Source: an uncultured Synergistales bacterium
GTDB lineage: Bacteria > Synergistota > Synergistia > Synergistales > Aminobacteriaceae
Length of the DNA stretch: 64,000 nt
NCBI GenBank assembly: GCA_905233565.1
Contig: CAJOCL010000010.1
Span: 18,832 to 82,831, forward strand
Direction: 5' to 3'
Shown: positions 63,708-64,000 of the stretch, piece by piece
How positions within the stretch are numbered: the stretch's first letter is position 1
How the letters are laid out: the number at the start of each line of letters is the position of its first letter
Notes under the pieces: model-generated
Told to the model about the DNA's origin: nothing
Databases searched by the model: none
Seen by the model: only the letters and a program-made list of their open reading frames with translations
Position numbers and translations under genes: made by a program

Positions 63708-64000
63708 TTATAGCTTATTCCCGCTTATATCTCTATATTTTTTCAGACCTCTTAAAGCTATTGACCACGCCGCAAGATCATCAAGCACCCTTGAAGGCAC
63801 TCTTAAACCCTCCGGCAGAAGTCTCATAAAAAAAGAAGGCCTGCTAATTTCCCAGTAAAGACCGCGAGCCTCAAGCGTCGTATTCTTTTCGTCAACCGTA
63901 AGAATTTCACATGAAATTTTATTTTTTACGTATTCAGTAAATTCTCTGCTGTGAGTTCCGTTCCCGATTGATACAAATTTAACATGAGACATTAAATCTT
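63708..64000 (-). CDS. RuvX/YqgF-like RNase H-fold nuclease, 3' part (5' end probably outside the window)
   Basis: ILTVDEKNTTLEARGL and VLDDLAAWSIALRGL resemble the V-DER-TT-x-A and D-x-x-AA-x-IL motifs of YqgF/RuvX. The reading frame is still open upstream of ATG 63992 at the window edge. Confidence 0.4.
   Translation of the reverse strand, partial: DLMSHVKFVSIGNGTHSREFTEYVKNKISCEILTVDEKNTTLEARGLYWEISRPSFFMRLLPEGLRVPSRVLDDLAAWSIALRGLKKYRDISGNKL

Noticed and set aside
1-64000. Scanned intergenic gaps for tRNA/rRNA genes, IS elements, integrases and att-like repeats.
   Set aside because: No T-loop (GGTTCGAATCC-like) or rRNA-like sequences were seen, and no transposase or integrase ORFs. The only mobile or accessory signatures are the vapBC pair, the decayed GTPase genes and the AT-rich cassette.

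Overview
Gene-dense bacterial chromosomal segment of 64 kb with about 55 protein-coding genes. I could not recognise any rRNA, tRNA, CRISPR array, transposase or integrase. All family calls come from reading the supplied translations and the DNA by eye; no alignments or database searches were run.

Likely source (inference): a diderm anaerobe of the phylum Synergistota. Supporting content is lipid A genes (lpxK-like, msbA-like, lpxB-like), an Omp85-type barrel protein, TRAP and TTT organic-acid transporters, an anaerobic-type CbiK, and a 1449-aa surface protein whose tail (GGCDSG, hydrophobic helix, RKKR) resembles the Synergistetes C-terminal sorting signal.

Layout:
- 1-9.1 kb: partial GT2 glycosyltransferase, secreted CbiK plus FecCD permease, then queT, priA, coaBC, rpoZ-like, terD and a CapD-like dehydratase.
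- 9.2-17.4 kb: glucarate dehydratase, tctCAB, a flavoprotein, glycerate 2-kinase and pckA.
- 17.5-21.9 kb: giant surface protein.
- 22-29 kb: Na/Pi-PhoU transporter, pbpC, RNase J, uppP and maf.
- 29-34 kb: lipid A cluster.
- 35.5-42 kb: TRAP transporter plus a quinate/shikimate-type cluster.
- 42.2-44 kb: cysK-cysE, preceded by a leader ORF containing four consecutive Cys codons.
- 44.6-50.7 kb: the most unusual locus. It is a six-gene, translationally coupled minus-strand operon. An AT-rich three-gene cassette (unknown 242-aa protein, 650-aa AAA+ P-loop ATPase, stand-alone Cas4-like Fe-S PD-(D/E)xK nuclease) runs directly into type IV pilus-like genes (PilX-like, PilM/N/O fusion, pilin).
- 50.8-64 kb: DtxR-like regulator, sirC-like, uvrB, leuA with a leader terminator, decayed GTPase genes, larC, comB-like, proS, vapBC, a PlpD-like patatin-Omp85 protein, cheX-like and a partial RuvX-like gene.
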